DNA of 62,938 nt, filler included, from Octopus bimaculoides (Eukaryota): the NCBI RefSeq assembly GCF_001194135.2. It is 5 parts of 4 records of this genome, joined end to end, with 100 filler letters (N's around TTAATTAATTAA, not from the genome) between each part and the next. Parts side by side here need not be neighbours in the genome. Positions count along the whole stretch, not along the records: positions 21,265 to 40,903 come from NC_068983.1; positions 41,004 to 54,725 come from NC_068983.1; 3 more parts are not named here. One strand, written 5' to 3'. A program made the position numbers and the translations under genes. The notes under the pieces were generated by a model that saw only the letters and a list, made by a program, of their open reading frames with translations, had not been told where the DNA came from and searched no databases. How positions within the stretch are numbered: position 1 is the stretch's first letter; the number at the start of each line of letters is the position of its first letter. This document shows, one piece after another, positions 34,304-48,159 of this stretch.

Positions 34304-34993
34304 ACAATCAGAGACATGATTGGTTGGCTCACGCCATACCATTCGTTAAAAAAAAAAGCATTCCCTTCTGTTTTCCATTCAGCCACTGTGTAGCCTTGAG
34401 TAACACACGGTGCCGCATATATAAGGTGCCCATCTCTTGTCTTCGTCCCCAATTTTTCACCCGAAATATTTTTAGGTGGTTTTTAATTTGGTGGCAATGT
34501 TCTTCCGTTAGTCACACGGAGCAAATTTTCCACAGACATAACAAACGTTGTCTGGGTGATTCACACATCCTCTCCTATTCATGATCTAACAAAATGAACA
34601 CTGTCAAAACAGTAATCATGCAGAGCGAGAGATACACATACCCAACGTGACGAGAGCACAAACGACACAGAGTTACCAAGAATAAAAATTGACCTATTTG
34701 GCGCTTGTACACAATACGTCAGCGCTATCTATTGCTAAACTAAATAATGAACTTTCTCATGGTTTGTTTTATTGCTGTTATTTCTTTAATTTTAAATTAA
34801 GGCCTCTTTCATTTTAGCAAATTTTATAATACGGCCTATATCTACCCGAAAGTATACTTACAATCTTGTGCATACAAAACTCAAAATCCGGACGTGTTAG
34901 AACAGTTCTGGATGTAGATTCAGAATCAGCATCCCCGATTTAGTCTAAAACACGTAGTCTAAACCCCAGTAGCAAAATCTTTGTTGTCCAGTG
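34304..34993 (-). mobile_element. Chapaev3-like (CMC superfamily) DNA transposon 5' fragment
   Basis: 5' terminus CACTGGACAACA at 34993. ATG at 34582 gives MNRRGCVNHPDNVCYVCGKF...KYFG*KIGDEDKRWAPYICGTVC and later MVWREPTNHVSDC, the Chapaev zinc-finger pattern. Confidence 0.85.
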
Positions 34994-35581
34994 TAATAGG
35001 CAGTGGAGCCGGTCTGGCACTGCTGATTATTTTCAGAGCACTGATTGTGCCCGTGTGTGAGTCACTCGTTGGAGAGTACACCTAACAGCATAAACATTAC
35101 TTAAGTATCATCGCTGATACTCTAAAGCAATGAGGATCAAGTTTCACCCTGCTGTTTTCCACAGTAAGTTAGAAAGTTCTATGTAGAATCTGAAACAAAG
35201 GAAAACCGAAACCCAGACACCTGCATGTTGATAATGAATAAATGGGGAAAATGTATACAAAGGAAGAGGTCTATCCATATCATTATTGTTACAATAATTA
35301 AAAGCAACTAGAAAAAAAACTCTTGACTGCAGAAATCACTGTTCGTTGGGAAAGTAGGATGGAATGCGAACACCGATTGTGGCTTAGGAATGAGGAAGGA
35401 AGTGGTGTGTAAAGATTTCAATAGGAGTGGAATGTCGTAGTTGTAGGGCAGTAAACATAGGATTGACTCGTCATCAGGCTAACAGTAAACGTCGAAGCCT
35501 CAGACAATAGCTAAGTAAAACTATTGCTCCATGTTGACTGGTAATATATATGCATCACACATACCCAGACAAACATCACAG

Positions 35582-35683
<102 letters not shown>

Positions 35684-36019
35684 GCATATACATACATATG
35701 TATATTTATAAACTTGAGGAGATGAAAATATTTTTTTGAACATTGACACTTGAAACAGATAAGCTATGATTAATAGAATATAAATACCGGGTTTGTATAA
35801 TATATATTATGCGTGTGTAAGTGCATGTATTATATACATTTTATAAATATCTCATAAAAACACCCACACACATACGTACACACAGACATTGTTATCTGAA
35901 TTAAGTGAATTGAATTTATCCTCGATAAAACGTAAGTACCGAAATATAGACTCATGATTAACTTGCTTAACGTGAACACTAGTTTGAACTTAGAATTCAT
36001 TGATCCAGTTGAATATCAA

Positions 36020-36210
36020 TCATAGATTCTTTTTACCGATCACGGGAGAAGTGTCCTAGCATTTACACCTACCTTTCTGATTCTGTTCTCACTGCACTGA
36101 GACAGTTGAGTGCATCCATATCTAAGAATTAATTTTATTACATGTATGACCTGGCTTTTCTCTCACGCTGGTGTAAATCCAATGCTTATTCATGTTAATA
36201 TCCATGTTGT
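36020..36210 (+). pseudogene. Decayed class-A GPCR-like relic 4 (TM6-ECL3-TM7)
   Basis: Single frame from 36053 reads VLAFTPTFLILFSLH*DS*VHPYLRINFITCMTWLFSHAGVNPMLI, giving a TM6 FTP and a TM7 SHxxVNP motif with two stops. Confidence 0.5.
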
Positions 36211-36541
36211 TAATCGACTCCTCTTTCTATAATTACATTTCCGCAAGAGCATTTGGAATATAATGCACACGTGTGTACGTCAAACAGAGTTCAGTATATC
36301 TGTTCATGTATATTTAATGAGTAACGAGTACGTGACGTTGAATTCCTCGACATGAAATATTAATATATTCTATCTTAGTATTGACAATTGTCTTCTTTAC
36401 TTGTGCATGCTTTACGCAGATTATAGACTAATTATATGTGACTGAAATTGTGTGTACGAAAATACGTAGGCTTGAAAGCTTGTCTGTGTGTGTGGGTCTC
36501 TGCGTGTGTCTGCGTCTGTGTGTGTGTGTGTNNNNNNNNNN

Positions 36542-36621
<80 letters not shown>

Positions 36622-37041
36622 AGAAAGTGTTGGTGTATGTCTTCAGATGTGCATAAACGGACACATATATGCATTTATATATTTATCCATCTCTTTGTCT
36701 CTCGTGCTATATATCTACATATGAATATATGAATGTCTGTATTGGGCACAGGACTCTCTCTCTCTCTCTCTTTGTCCCTGAGCATATACATTCCCAGACA
36801 CAAACGTATGTACCCACATATATACTCAAAAAGACATGGATACACATATCTTTCTATTTATCTGTATGTGTGTGTGTATATGTATATCTACACAAACCCA
36901 CTCACACACATAATAATATATACATGCTGGAACATCTTTTCAAGAGACTACACGAATATACAAACTTCGACAAATCTAAACATTATACACACAGATTCTT
37001 AAACATATTCATGCATACATAAATATGATATGCATATCAAT

Positions 37042-37044
<3 letters not shown>

Positions 37045-37073
<29 letters not shown>

Positions 37074-37110
37074 TGTATGTATGTATGTATGTATGTATGT
37101 ATGTATGTAT
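37045..37110. repeat. (TATG)n microsatellite
   Basis: Read directly. Confidence 0.95.
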
Positions 37111-37782
37111 GGATGGGACAGCGTGGCATGTATCTGAATGAATTCGTTTATTGTGTAACCAACAATTCATTTAAATATCATATTAGTATTGACGAAACGT
37201 GAACTGTATTCGTTACATCTCTAAAATATAGAAATATCTAAAGGTCAAATTATTTCATGTGGACGTATCCCCTATACAAACTATGCAAATATATTTTCAT
37301 TATTTATTTCATTGTAATATTTACACTTCTGTAAACTTCATTGCGTATCCGGTGTGTGAGATATAAATTACTCCGTCACTACTGTGTATAGTAAAGCCGA
37401 CTCTATTGTGCAGTATTTCCGGTCAAAGAATGATCACATACATAAATTGTGTTCGATTTCAACAGAGCAATCATTTCGCCATCTCCAATATAATAAACGT
37501 ATCAATTTCTCTCTTTCTCTTCCATCCTCGCTCTCCAATCTCTCCTTCTCTCTTCGACCTCTCCCCCTCTCTCTCTCTGACCTCTACCTCTCTCTCTAAC
37601 TTCTCCCTCTCTCGCTGACCATTCTCTCTCTCTCTCTCCGGTCTCCCTCTCTCTGTTTCTCCCCCTCTTTTCTCTCTCTGTTTCTCCCCCTCTTTTCTCT
37701 CTCTGATACACACGCACACATATTTGTATGTAAACATGTATGCAATTATATATATTCATGTACATAGATACAGACATACATG

Positions 37783-37836
<54 letters not shown>

Positions 37837-38500
37837 CATACATACATACACATTTATATAACTATGTATACATGCACTCTCATAGGCAATAGTATACGCT
37901 ATGGGACACAGAATGTATAACCAATAAAACAGGAAATGTTAAGTTTCTAAACCTTTCTTTATTACTAGAATTTACTGGAAGAGGTCAATGATTAGGTTAA
38001 ATATCAAGAACCAAAAATTGACAATCTTGCTAGATTGTATAATTTCTGTTTAATCTCATCGGGTTCGGAACTGTATTTTGATCATAAACATTCAGAACAT
38101 TTGTTTAATTACCTGGTGAAACGAATGGTATCTTTAGAACAAAAGAAAAATACGTATCACAAATTGGAAATTAAGTGTAAGACATAACATTAAGTGTTTT
38201 GAAACTGTATATGATTAATGTAACCTATTAATACTTATTTGCGAAATACAAAATTATTTGCGAATTAGATTAACCAATAGTATACTTGGTGTTTTTTGAC
38301 AGAGAAAAAGTGTAATAAATTCTTGAAGTTCCCTTACATACATAATAAATTATATAACTGACAAGGAAAAAAGTTATGTAGTGAATTCGTCATTTATATA
38401 ACTGCTTGTTACGTAAACTGTACTCCACTAAAACGTTTCGCTGAAGCAAATGTATGCTGAGTTATCATATCAGTTTTTTTAGTATCGTTATGCTTACACA

Positions 38501-38539
<39 letters not shown>

Positions 38540-39326
38540 ACACATACACACACGCACACACACACACACACACAAACTTACTTGGAAATGGATGCGTGGT
38601 ATTCAATCAAATAATAATATAAATAATATATATATATAGGGTTATGAGCGATTGTCGTGTCACACCTTCAAATTCTACCACAAATCCAAATGCCAAAATG
38701 ACCATACAGTACATTCCCACAATACCCCTTAGGTAATCACTGTGATCTTATAAATCTATATTTTAACTTCTAATCCCTCACTCATACTCATACTCGAATT
38801 TCACAACCATCTAATTATATTCGCGTGCGTGTGCATCCATGCCTATGTATGTACGTGTGTAGGTGTGAATGTATGTATGTATACAAGGTATACATGCATG
38901 CGCGTACTGTGGCGATAAGACATACAGATACACGTATATGTGGGTATGCACGTATCCATATACATATGAGTACCACGTCAAAACGGTAGAGGAGTAGGGG
39001 CCGAAACCGGACGTGGTTCCTCCTGATGATGTCTTGAGCTAACTGGATCCTATAAAGGAGCTGTTGTGGAAGCAGACCACGAAACATGGTTGAAATTCCT
39101 CAGAATGAATTTAAAAATGCAATGACCAATCTTAAAGATATATAATGGAACAATTACTATGAAGCGTTGACAAGTCCATCGGTTNNNNNNNNNNNNNNNN
39201 NNNNNNNNNNNNNNNNNNNNNNNNNNNNNNNNNNNNNNNNNNNNNNNNNNNNNNNNNNNNNNNNNNNNNNNNNNNNNNNNNNNNNNNNNNNNNNNNNNNN
39301 NNNNNNNNNNNNNNNNNNNNNNNNNN

Positions 39327-40548
39327 ATCTGGGAGGTTGCTGTTTATTGTTTATTGCGTCTGTTATCACCTCCCGTCTGACTGTTGTCTCTTGCCCTGAT
39401 TCGTGGTTATGCATGTTGGTGCGACTTCTCTTCCGCTTTTTGTGGAGGGGAAAACCGCTTGTTAGGCGCTCCGTATGCTGTCAAGAACTGCTAAAGGTGG
39501 GTTAGGGATGCCGTGGCTATTGATGTGCAGGCATGTACCGAAGCTAAGGCATCTCTGGCACTACCTGGATGGTGGCCGGGTGTGGAATTCGGTGGCAGAG
39601 GAATTCTTTCCACGACCGGCCTCCTTGGAGGAATTTACACCCGATTTGATAAAAAGATAGAATACGACTGAATGGCAAAAGGAGTGCCGAAAAGCACTCG
39701 CGCTAATACACAGGGCGGGCAAGGCCGGCAGCGGAAATACCACCTCTATATTTTATAAAGGGATGCTAGAGTATAAGAGCGATGACATCCTAGGAGAGGC
39801 TCTGGTGTTCGATGAGAACCAGCTAGCCAACCTGTTTCAAAACACCATCAGGTCGGGGTATTTGGATAATTACCAAAGATCCCTGACCTGGCAGTGTTAC
39901 TGGGATGCTTTACCTGTCCGCGATGAATTGTCCAGGCTCGGAATATCAGTGCCACCAGCATGCTCAAAGTGCGGGCAGGACAAGGAAACTTTCCTGCACG
40001 CTCTTGTTCAGTGCCCGGAGTTTCGGGCTTGATAATTTACGTAGAACACCTGTTATCGCACCTGGGAAGAGTACAGTTATCAGCTGAGTCTGTGATAAAG
40101 ATTGTACCGCCAACCAGTGAGACATGTTTTCTCTGTACGGTCGCAGTAATGAAAGAGTGTGCATGGAGAACAAGAATGCTAGGAGTCGTGACAGGATTCT
40201 TCATCTCCGGCCCCGGTTTGCTATACTACTTCAGGTACCACCTGAAGAGCAACACAGGGCCGGGGTGGAGACACCTGTCGCGAAGTATATATGAGAAAAT
40301 ATGGAAGGATGTCATGAGGAAGTTGGGAGTGACTGTCCCTACTTAATTCCACCCATGGTAAAAGCAAGGTGTAGTCGCTGGCATTCCAGCTATATATTTT
40401 TGGGAAAAAAAAGTTTCTGAAAATTTTAAATTTATATACATATATAAGTCATCAAATTTTAAAATATAAGCTCACTTAGTACATTTATATGTTTGTGACG
40501 TCCTGTATTGTCCTTTGTAATAGATATTTATTATCATAATAAAGAAAA
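39327..40548 (+). mobile_element. L1/Tx1-clade LINE ORF2 3' fragment (post-RT region + CCHC zf-RVT), frameshifted
   Basis: LFRFLWRGKPLVRRSVC, GGLGMP, LTWQCYWDALPVRD...CSKCGQDKETFLHALVQCP; 3' AATAAA plus A-rich end at 40538-40548. Confidence 0.9.
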
Positions 40549-40802
40549 TCGGTAGTTGTCTCACGCTGGTGACGTGTGGATATCCAGAAACCCGGGTACG
40601 TGTGTATCACGTCAGGTTGGTGATGGGAAGGATGATTTCTCTTTGCAAATACTGATCGAGCACAGAAAGTGAGCCAATAGCCAGCTGGAGGAGCTGTCTT
40701 CCTGGGGCTACATGCTACAGTAGCATGAACCCTTAAGGGTTAGCAACATTTAAGTGGCAAACATACTTCACGATATATTGAGTGGATATAGAGATATATC
40801 CC

Positions 40803-40846
<44 letters not shown>

Positions 40847-40865
40847 CTTATATATGTATACATAC

Positions 40866-40903
<38 letters not shown>

Positions 40904-41023
40904 NNNNNNNNNNNNNNNNNNNNNNNNNNNNNNNNNNNNNNNNNNNNTTAATTAATTAANNNNNNNNNNNNNNNNNNNNNNNNNNNNNNNNNNNNNNNNN
41001 NNNATATATATATATATATATAC

Positions 41024-41130
41024 GACGGATTTATTTCACTTTTCGTCTACCAAATCCACTCACAAAGCTTTAGTCGGCTCGACACCCAGAGCCATGTGGT
41101 TGGGAAGCAAGCTTCTTACCACACAGCCGC
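41024..41130 (-). mobile_element. Family A SINE fragment with internal deletion
   Basis: TTTCGTCTACCAAATCCACTCACAAAGCTTT...CTTACCACACAGCC. Confidence 0.7.
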
Positions 41131-41217
41131 TACAGAAAAAATAATTACCGCTGTTTCACTCCAAGATCAAATCTAAAACAGCGAACATCAACGATTGTTT
41201 TTCAAGATATAAGTATG

Positions 41218-41498
41218 TTGTTTGTTCCTTCTCGAGCCATGCCTGACTCATAAGGGCCTGGTTTCATTGGCGTATAGGTTCCCTACTTGGATGGGACGCC
41301 GGTCAGTCACAGGTGAGCTGCTAGATGCATGAGAGAGAAAGTTGTGGCGAAAGAGTCAGCAAAGAAGTTCGCCATTGTCTTCTGCCGGAGCCGCGTGGAG
41401 CTTAGGGCGTTTCGCTCATAAACATACACATCGCCCGCTCTGAAATTCGAACTCGCGATCCCAAGTCCGCTGCTCTAACCACTGAGCCATGTGCCTCC
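41218..41498 (-). mobile_element. tRNA-headed SINE, family G
   Basis: Head GGCACATGGCTCAGTGGTTAGAGC (A box) and GAGTTCGAATT (B box); non-tRNA body; (AAAC)-like tail. Confidence 0.75.
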
Positions 41499-42152
41499 GT
41501 AAAGATATAAGCATGCTGATGGCATATATTGTTCAGTATGTTTCTTATTTTCTTTAAGATTTGAGCGGAAGAAAATTGATAGCAATGATTATAGAAATGG
41601 GGATAATTATGAAGAAGATGATGGTGGAGGATGGTGATGAAAGTGCCGCTGCTGCTGCTGATGATTATGGTGATTGATGACGTGATGCTGAGGAAGATGA
41701 CGACGACAATGATGATGATGTTGTGAAGGGGACAAGAATATAAGAAAGAGATATATAATGATAAATAAGAAAGCGAAGCTGAAAGAGGAGGAAGTGAATG
41801 TGGTGGGAGCAAAGTCAGGAGGGGGAGGAGGAGGAGGAGGAGGAGGAGGAGGAGGAAAAGGAAGAGTGAAAAGTGAAAGTGGGAGGAGGGAGACGATGAA
41901 TATACGAGCAGAGGAAAATGCCTTTGTGTGTACATATATGGAGTGTCTCTGTCTGTGTGTTTATGTGTTTGTGAATGTAGTTTGTAGTGTTTAGGTATAT
42001 ATCTATTATATATATTTGTGTATGCATGTGCTCGTATTTACACTCACTCACTCACNNNNNNNNNNNNNNNNNNNNNNNNNNNNNNNNNNNNNNNNNNNNN
42101 NNNNNNNNNNNNNNNNNNNNNNNNNNNNNNNNNNNNNNNNNNNNNNNNNNNN

Positions 42153-42199
<47 letters not shown>

Positions 42200-42409
42200 G
42201 CACACACATACAAACATAGATGTGTATATGCACATATGTTTGTTAGTGTAAGTTTGTATGTATTTCTCTGTACGTACATGTAAGTGCATATAAGTGTAGG
42301 TGTGCGTGTTTGTATATGTGTATGAGAGAGAAAGAGAGAAAATGAAAGAGAGAACGACAGATAGACAGATAAAGAGGGAGTGACAGATAAAATGGGGTGG
42401 AGAGAGAGG

Positions 42410-42444
<35 letters not shown>

Positions 42445-43039
42445 AAAATTAGTGACAATATGATACTCAATACGGGTTCCAATTGCTTAAATCTTGAGAA
42501 CAGGAGCTCGGCACGTCGCCGCTGCTGCCGTCCTTATAACGTATCTCTTTAATTGGCTGATAACCAATCAATCACGTGAGACGGTAGGACAGCAACAGCA
42601 ACAAAAACAACACAAACAATTTATACAGCGGCCTTTATAGTTTGAACAAGTAAAACAAACAATAATAATAACGGAGACAACAAGACGGATAATGATTATA
42701 ACAGCTTAGCATTTTGAAAAACCACAAATATACGAACCAAAACCACAACAGCAACAACAACAACAAAGAATTCAGGAAGAGTTGCGAATCAACGATGGAG
42801 CTTCTTTATGATCACTAGATCTGCTAGAAATAGCAGCCACATTCTAACTCCCGACTACCATCTTAAAATTGTGAACACGTTGGCGTAGTGGCTCGAATCG
42901 GAGTTCACATGACCCTTGGAGGCCCATATAAGATTTTGCTGTCAAAAATTTATCTCCAATAAGTTGGCCATACGTCTACAACACGCAAAATATTTTAACA
43001 AATTTCTTTAATACATTTCCTAATAATACGGATTTCAAA

Positions 43040-43590
43040 TTTTGGCTCGAGGCCAGCAATTTCTGGGGTGGAGATAAGTCGATTACATCGACCCCAGTGT
43101 TCAACTGGTACTTATTCAATCGACCACGAAAAAGTTAAACGCAAAGCCGACCTCGGTGGAATTTGAATTCAGAACGTAACGGCAGACGAAATGCCGCTAA
43201 GCATTTCGTCCGGCGTGCTAACGTTTCTTGTTTCTTTATTGCCCACAAGGGGCAAGACATAGAGGAGACAAACAAGGACAGACAAGGAGATTAAGTCGAT
43301 TACATCGACCCCAGTGCGTAACTGGTACTTAATTTATCGACCCCGAAAGGATGAAAGGCAAAGTCGACCTCGGCAGGATTTGAACTTTTCTACTCTAAGC
43401 ACAAGGCCTGAAACTTTTGGGGAGAGAGTCAGTCGTTTAGACCGACCCAGTACGCAACTGGTACTTAATTTATCGACCCCGAAAGGATGAAAGGTAAAGA
43501 CGACCTCAGCGGTATTTGAACCCAGAACGTAAAGACAGACGAAATACCGCTAAGCATTTCGCCCGGCGTGCTAACGTTTCTGCTAGCTCA
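43040..43590 (+). mobile_element. Three head-to-tail family C copies
   Basis: Repeated GATTACATCGACCCCAG..AACTGGTACTTA..ATCGACCCCGAAAGGATGAAAGG..GACCTCGG modules at about 43075, 43295 and 43440. Confidence 0.85.
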
Positions 43591-43897
43591 CCGCGTTCTT
43601 TAGCATTAATATCATTTCACTATTCTTACTATAACCAATGCACTGTTGATGGCGCCTTCTGTGTTTACGAAGAAAATCGAAGAGGAAAACGTGACACATG
43701 TTTCAAAATACGGCATTTGATGAAGTAAATAAGGTAAATACAACAAAGTTTAAAATAAACGAAACAACCAACAGAAAAAGAGATAAAAATGGTGACAGAA
43801 ATACTCGCGTCTTTACGAGCGAATATACTTAAAACATAATATGCTGAGTGATGACAGTGTATCTATTTCTATTTGTCTGTCTCTCTACCTCACTCTA

Positions 43898-43932
<35 letters not shown>

Positions 43933-44079
43933 GCAAACATACACTCTCATATATACATACGCAGAGAGAGGAAATTGATGCGGAGTGACAAGAAGCGAAA
44001 CATTGACAATTGTAGAAAAAGGAAAAAAAAAGTTGACAGATGCAAGAAATCATTGTTAAAGTACTTTATTTCACATATT

Positions 44080-44082
<3 letters not shown>

Positions 44083-44167
<85 letters not shown>
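44083..44167. repeat. (CT)n microsatellite
   Basis: Read directly. Confidence 0.95.
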
Positions 44168-44171
<4 letters not shown>

Positions 44172-44519
44172 ACTCGTTCTATCTTCATCACTCTGCATAT
44201 ATATATATATATATATATATGTGGGTGTGTGTATATATGAAGCGCGGAGTAGATAAAACAGGGACAACTGACGAAGGGAATGTTCTTTGTGTTGCTTGTC
44301 TCGTTTCTCTGTTTCTTTCTTTCGTTGTCCGAAAAAAAAGTTCGTTTTCCATGTTTTTGTCTTTTATGTTCTCGTTTCTCATATTGCTCATGTCTTTCTG
44401 ACATCCTGTACCCATATATGCATGTATATATATATACATATGTATATGAAGGCATGTACATGTGTGCGTGTATATGCATATATATATTATATTATATTAT
44501 ATATATATACATATATCTT

Positions 44520-44670
44520 TTACGCTTTTACTTGTTTCAGTCAACTCCAGGACTTATTCTTTGTAAGCCTAATACTTATTCTATCGGTCTCTTTTGCCAA
44601 ACCGCTAAGTTGCGGGGACGTAAACACACCAACATCGGTTGTCAAGCGATGTTGGGGGACAAATACAGAC
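44520..44670 (-). mobile_element. Family A SINE 3' part
   Basis: Reverse complement of the 16830-16985 segment. Confidence 0.8.
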
Positions 44671-44919
44671 ACACAAGCACACACACACTCATACACACAC
44701 ACACACACACACACNNNNNNNNNNNNNNNNNNNNNNNNNNNNNNNNNNNNNNNNNNNNNNNNNNNNNNNNNNNNNNNNNNNNNNNNNNNNNNNNNNNNNN
44801 NNNNNNNNNNNNNNNNNNNNNNNNNNNNNNNNNNNNNNNNNNNNNNNNNNNNNNNNNNNNNNNNNNNNNNNNNNNNNNNNNNNNNNNNNNNNNNATATAT
44901 ATATATATATATATATATA

Positions 44920-45030
44920 TGGGAGAATTTACGAAAAAACAACAACAGACGAGGACAGGTGGTGTAAACAACAAATGGATGTATTAGTTTAACGCTCGGG
45001 AATAGAGAAAGTTTTTAACGTTTCGAAAGG
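44920..45030 (-). mobile_element. Family D repeat copy, hammerhead-like module partly deleted
   Basis: GGGAGAATTTACGAAAAAAC...GGATGTATTAGTTTAACGCTCGGGAATAGAGAAAG..AACGTTTCG. Confidence 0.8.
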
Positions 45031-45114
45031 AACACAGAAAGAAATAAAGAGAAAAACAAGGAGAAAAAAATATAAATGTAGTGGTCAGCGATCTATCATG
45101 GCGAATACACATAT

Positions 45115-45257
45115 ATACGACGGGCTTCTTTCAGTTTCCGTCTACCAAATCCACTCACAAAGCTTTGGTCGGACCGAGGCTATAGTAGAAGACACTTGTC
45201 CAAGATGCGACACAGTGGGACTGAACCCGGAACCATGTGGTTGGTAAGCAAGCTACT
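45115..45257 (-). mobile_element. Family A SINE 5' part
   Basis: CGACGGGCTTCTTTCAGTTTCCGTCTACC...GGGACTGAACCCGGAACCATGTGGTTGGTAAGCAAGCTACTTAC. Confidence 0.8.
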
Positions 45258-46643
45258 TACGACACACACACACACACACACGTGATCTATCAACACCATC
45301 TCAATTCACAGTATCAACACAACCGCAGCCACCCTCATCATCAGCTACGCCATCAGTACCAGCACTCCCGTCCTCCTGCTCCCGTTCCATTTTCTCCTCC
45401 TCATCTTCATCACCATTATCATCATCAGCGCCAGCATTATCACCACCTCCATTACCACAGCCACCATCACTGCTACCACCGCCACTACCATCACCACACC
45501 CCTATTGCCGACCATGCATGTTGGGACCATCACTACCACCAACGCCATTCCTTTCACCGTACCGCTCACGTTTTCATCGTTATCACCACCACCACATCAT
45601 CATCATCATCACAGCAACCACCGCCACCGCCACCACCACCACCACCACCACAACCNNNNNNNNNNNNNNNNNNNNNNNNNNNNNNNNNNNNNNNNNNNNN
45701 NNNNNNNNNNNNNNNNNNNNNNNNNNNNNNNNNNNNNNNNNNNNNNNNNNNNTCTCCACCACCACCACCACCACCACCACCACCACTACCTCCTCCTTCT
45801 CCTTCTCCATCAACACCACCACCACCACCACTACCTCCTCCTTCTCCTCTTCCTCCACCTCACCCCCACCACCAATATCATTAACATGAACAACAAGATA
45901 TTGCCTCTTCACTCCACACTCATGTTTATAAGTCTCACCGAAATTGTGTTACAATATTAAAATTGATCACCACAATCAAGAAATCACACAAGCGAACGCA
46001 TCTGAATCACAGAAAGATACTTGAATGAAAATACCATAAAATACTGTAAAATCGTAATATAAGACAATTTCTCAAATAGACATCTCATAGTCCAAAATCA
46101 ACTTATTTAAAAGAACACAAAAAAAAATCATATATGAAGACAAATTTGAAATGGAACCAAATACAAAAATATGGCACGGTTCTCTTCTTTCTACGACAAA
46201 AACAAAAAAGGCGTAAACAAAATGGCGCCTTGATGATTTTTGCAATTATCTTAAAATGATGTCATATTTTTTTTTTTTTTCTATTTTGTTTTCGATGTCT
46301 CTTTTTCTTCTGGTCGTTTCATTCTTTAGCATATTTAGAATCTGAACTGTTGAGAAATTTGATGTGAAATATAATTTGAAATTAAGTCATTGGCGAGACG
46401 AATGTATATAAGGGTGTTTTTTTATTTTTCATTTTACCTCCTCAGTGTTATATCGGTTTACAAGTTCTTACAACTAACTTTTGAAAATCATCGACGCTGT
46501 TTCGTCAGAATGGAAAATGTGGAATGACTCCCAACTGTGGCTATGTCTAGACTTTACCAAATTCGCTACCTCCAACACCACTAATCACAAAGTTCCTTTT
46601 CAATCTTATAGGCGACACTCATACTTCACTAAGCAATATATGT

Positions 46644-46920
46644 GAAGGCACGTGACTCAATGGCTAGGATCGTCGGCTTACGATCGTAAGGTCGTGCGTT
46701 CGATTCCTACAGATGTGTTTTATCCTTGAGCAAGTCACTTTATTTTTCGTTGCTTTAGTCCAGTCCGCTGGGAAAAGAGTTGTATCTGTGATTCGATTCA
46801 GAGGTATAGACTTGTTATATTGAGTCACGTTGAATCGCCCTGAGAATTACGGTAAGAGGTGTCTGTGGAGCACTCATCCACATGCACGTTAATTTGACGA
46901 AGAAGGCTGTTCTGTTGATC
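46644..46920 (+). mobile_element. tRNA-headed SINE, family F
   Basis: GGCACGTGACTCAATGGCTAGG (A-box-like), CGTTCGATTCC (B box), then CCTTGAGCAAGTCACTT, a central-domain-like motif. Confidence 0.7.
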
Positions 46921-47087
46921 AGCCATCTTCGTCGTGGTCGACTGCGCTCAAGGTCAAGTAGTACACACACACACATACTCACAATAATAGTCTGACTCAT
47001 CCCCTCTTGATCTGCGCGCCTGATTTTACAGATTTGTGTACGTCTCCATATTCTCGGAAAATCAATCAATCAATCAATCAATCAATA

Positions 47088-47127
<40 letters not shown>

Positions 47128-47331
47128 GTCGAATGAGTAGAGTGTTTAGCGTGTCGAGTAAAATGGCCATCGGTACTTCTACCGCAAACATAGAGTGCAG
47201 AATCGGTAGAAGTGCCGGGTAACAAATGGCAGCGGAATGAAGATAATGCTCCAGCATGGCTCCAGTTTTCAGACTGAAACAAGTGAAAGATAAAAAAAAA
47301 ACAGAAAATATAATCTGTTCTAAACCACGTC

Positions 47332-47453
47332 CGTAGGTTTTCCAATACGCGTGGGCCTCAAACCCACATCTCTTTGTTTTCACGACAAGTGTGCTAACCA
47401 TTTTCACCAACGTACAACCTGACTTCTTCCCGTCAGATTTAAGAACTATGATT
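47332..47453 (-). mobile_element. Short repeat family E, copy 1
   Basis: Matches 49733-49855 (ACGCGTGGGCCTCAA...ACAAGTGTGCTAA...CTTCTTCCCGTCAGATTTAAGAACTATGATTAC). Confidence 0.7.
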
Positions 47454-47849
47454 ACACACATACATACATACATATATATACTTTATTTAAAAGCAGCAGA
47501 AATATAACAAAAGACTGTTACTCGGAGTNNNNNNNNNNTGTTATATATATATATATATATATGCATTCATGCATACATACATACATGCATACATACATAC
47601 ATACATACATACAGACAGACAGACAGATAGACAGACAGACAGACACATATGCATACACACACGCACAAAAACATATGCACACATACATAACGTTAAATTC
47701 GAGTCGAGAGTAAAGAATTGGTTTGAACAGTTTCCACATAACCTATTCTGAGTTCTTTCTTCGAATGAGGAAAATCAACTTTCCAACGCCTTGTTTCCCT
47801 CCTTTCACTCCATCTTTTTCTCTGTGTATATGAATATTGCTCTCAAATT

Positions 47850-48060
47850 TTAGCACAAGGCCCGCAATTGTGTGGAAAGGGGAGAAGTCGATTACATCGA
47901 CCCCACATCCCCCGGACCTATGTGGTACTTATTTTATCGACCCGGACAAGATTAACAGGCAAAGTTAATCTAAGCGGAATTTGAACATAGAACGTAACGT
48001 CGGACGAAATGCCACCAAGCATTCTATCCGGTGTGCTTAACTATTCTGCCACCTCGCTGC
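47850..48060 (+). mobile_element. Family C repeat copy
   Basis: GCACAAGGCCC...GATTACATCGACCCC...GGAATTTGAACATAGAACGTAAC. Confidence 0.75.
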
Positions 48061-48128
48061 TTTATGTATGCGCGTATGTCGACGCACATGTACACGAATA
48101 CACACACACACACACACATGTACACGAA

Positions 48129-48159
<31 letters not shown>

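Noticed and set aside
37240-37350. Fifth GPCR-like hydrophobic peptide (RSNYFMWTYPLYKLCKYIFIIYFIVIFTLL*)
   Set aside because: It is a single isolated segment with no ordered neighbouring motifs, and AT-rich DNA gives such peptides by chance.
38989-39030. GAAAC...GTT...CTGATGA as a type II hammerhead
   Set aside because: Only 4 nt lie between the triplet and CUGAUGA, so helix I cannot form, and helix II partners are absent.
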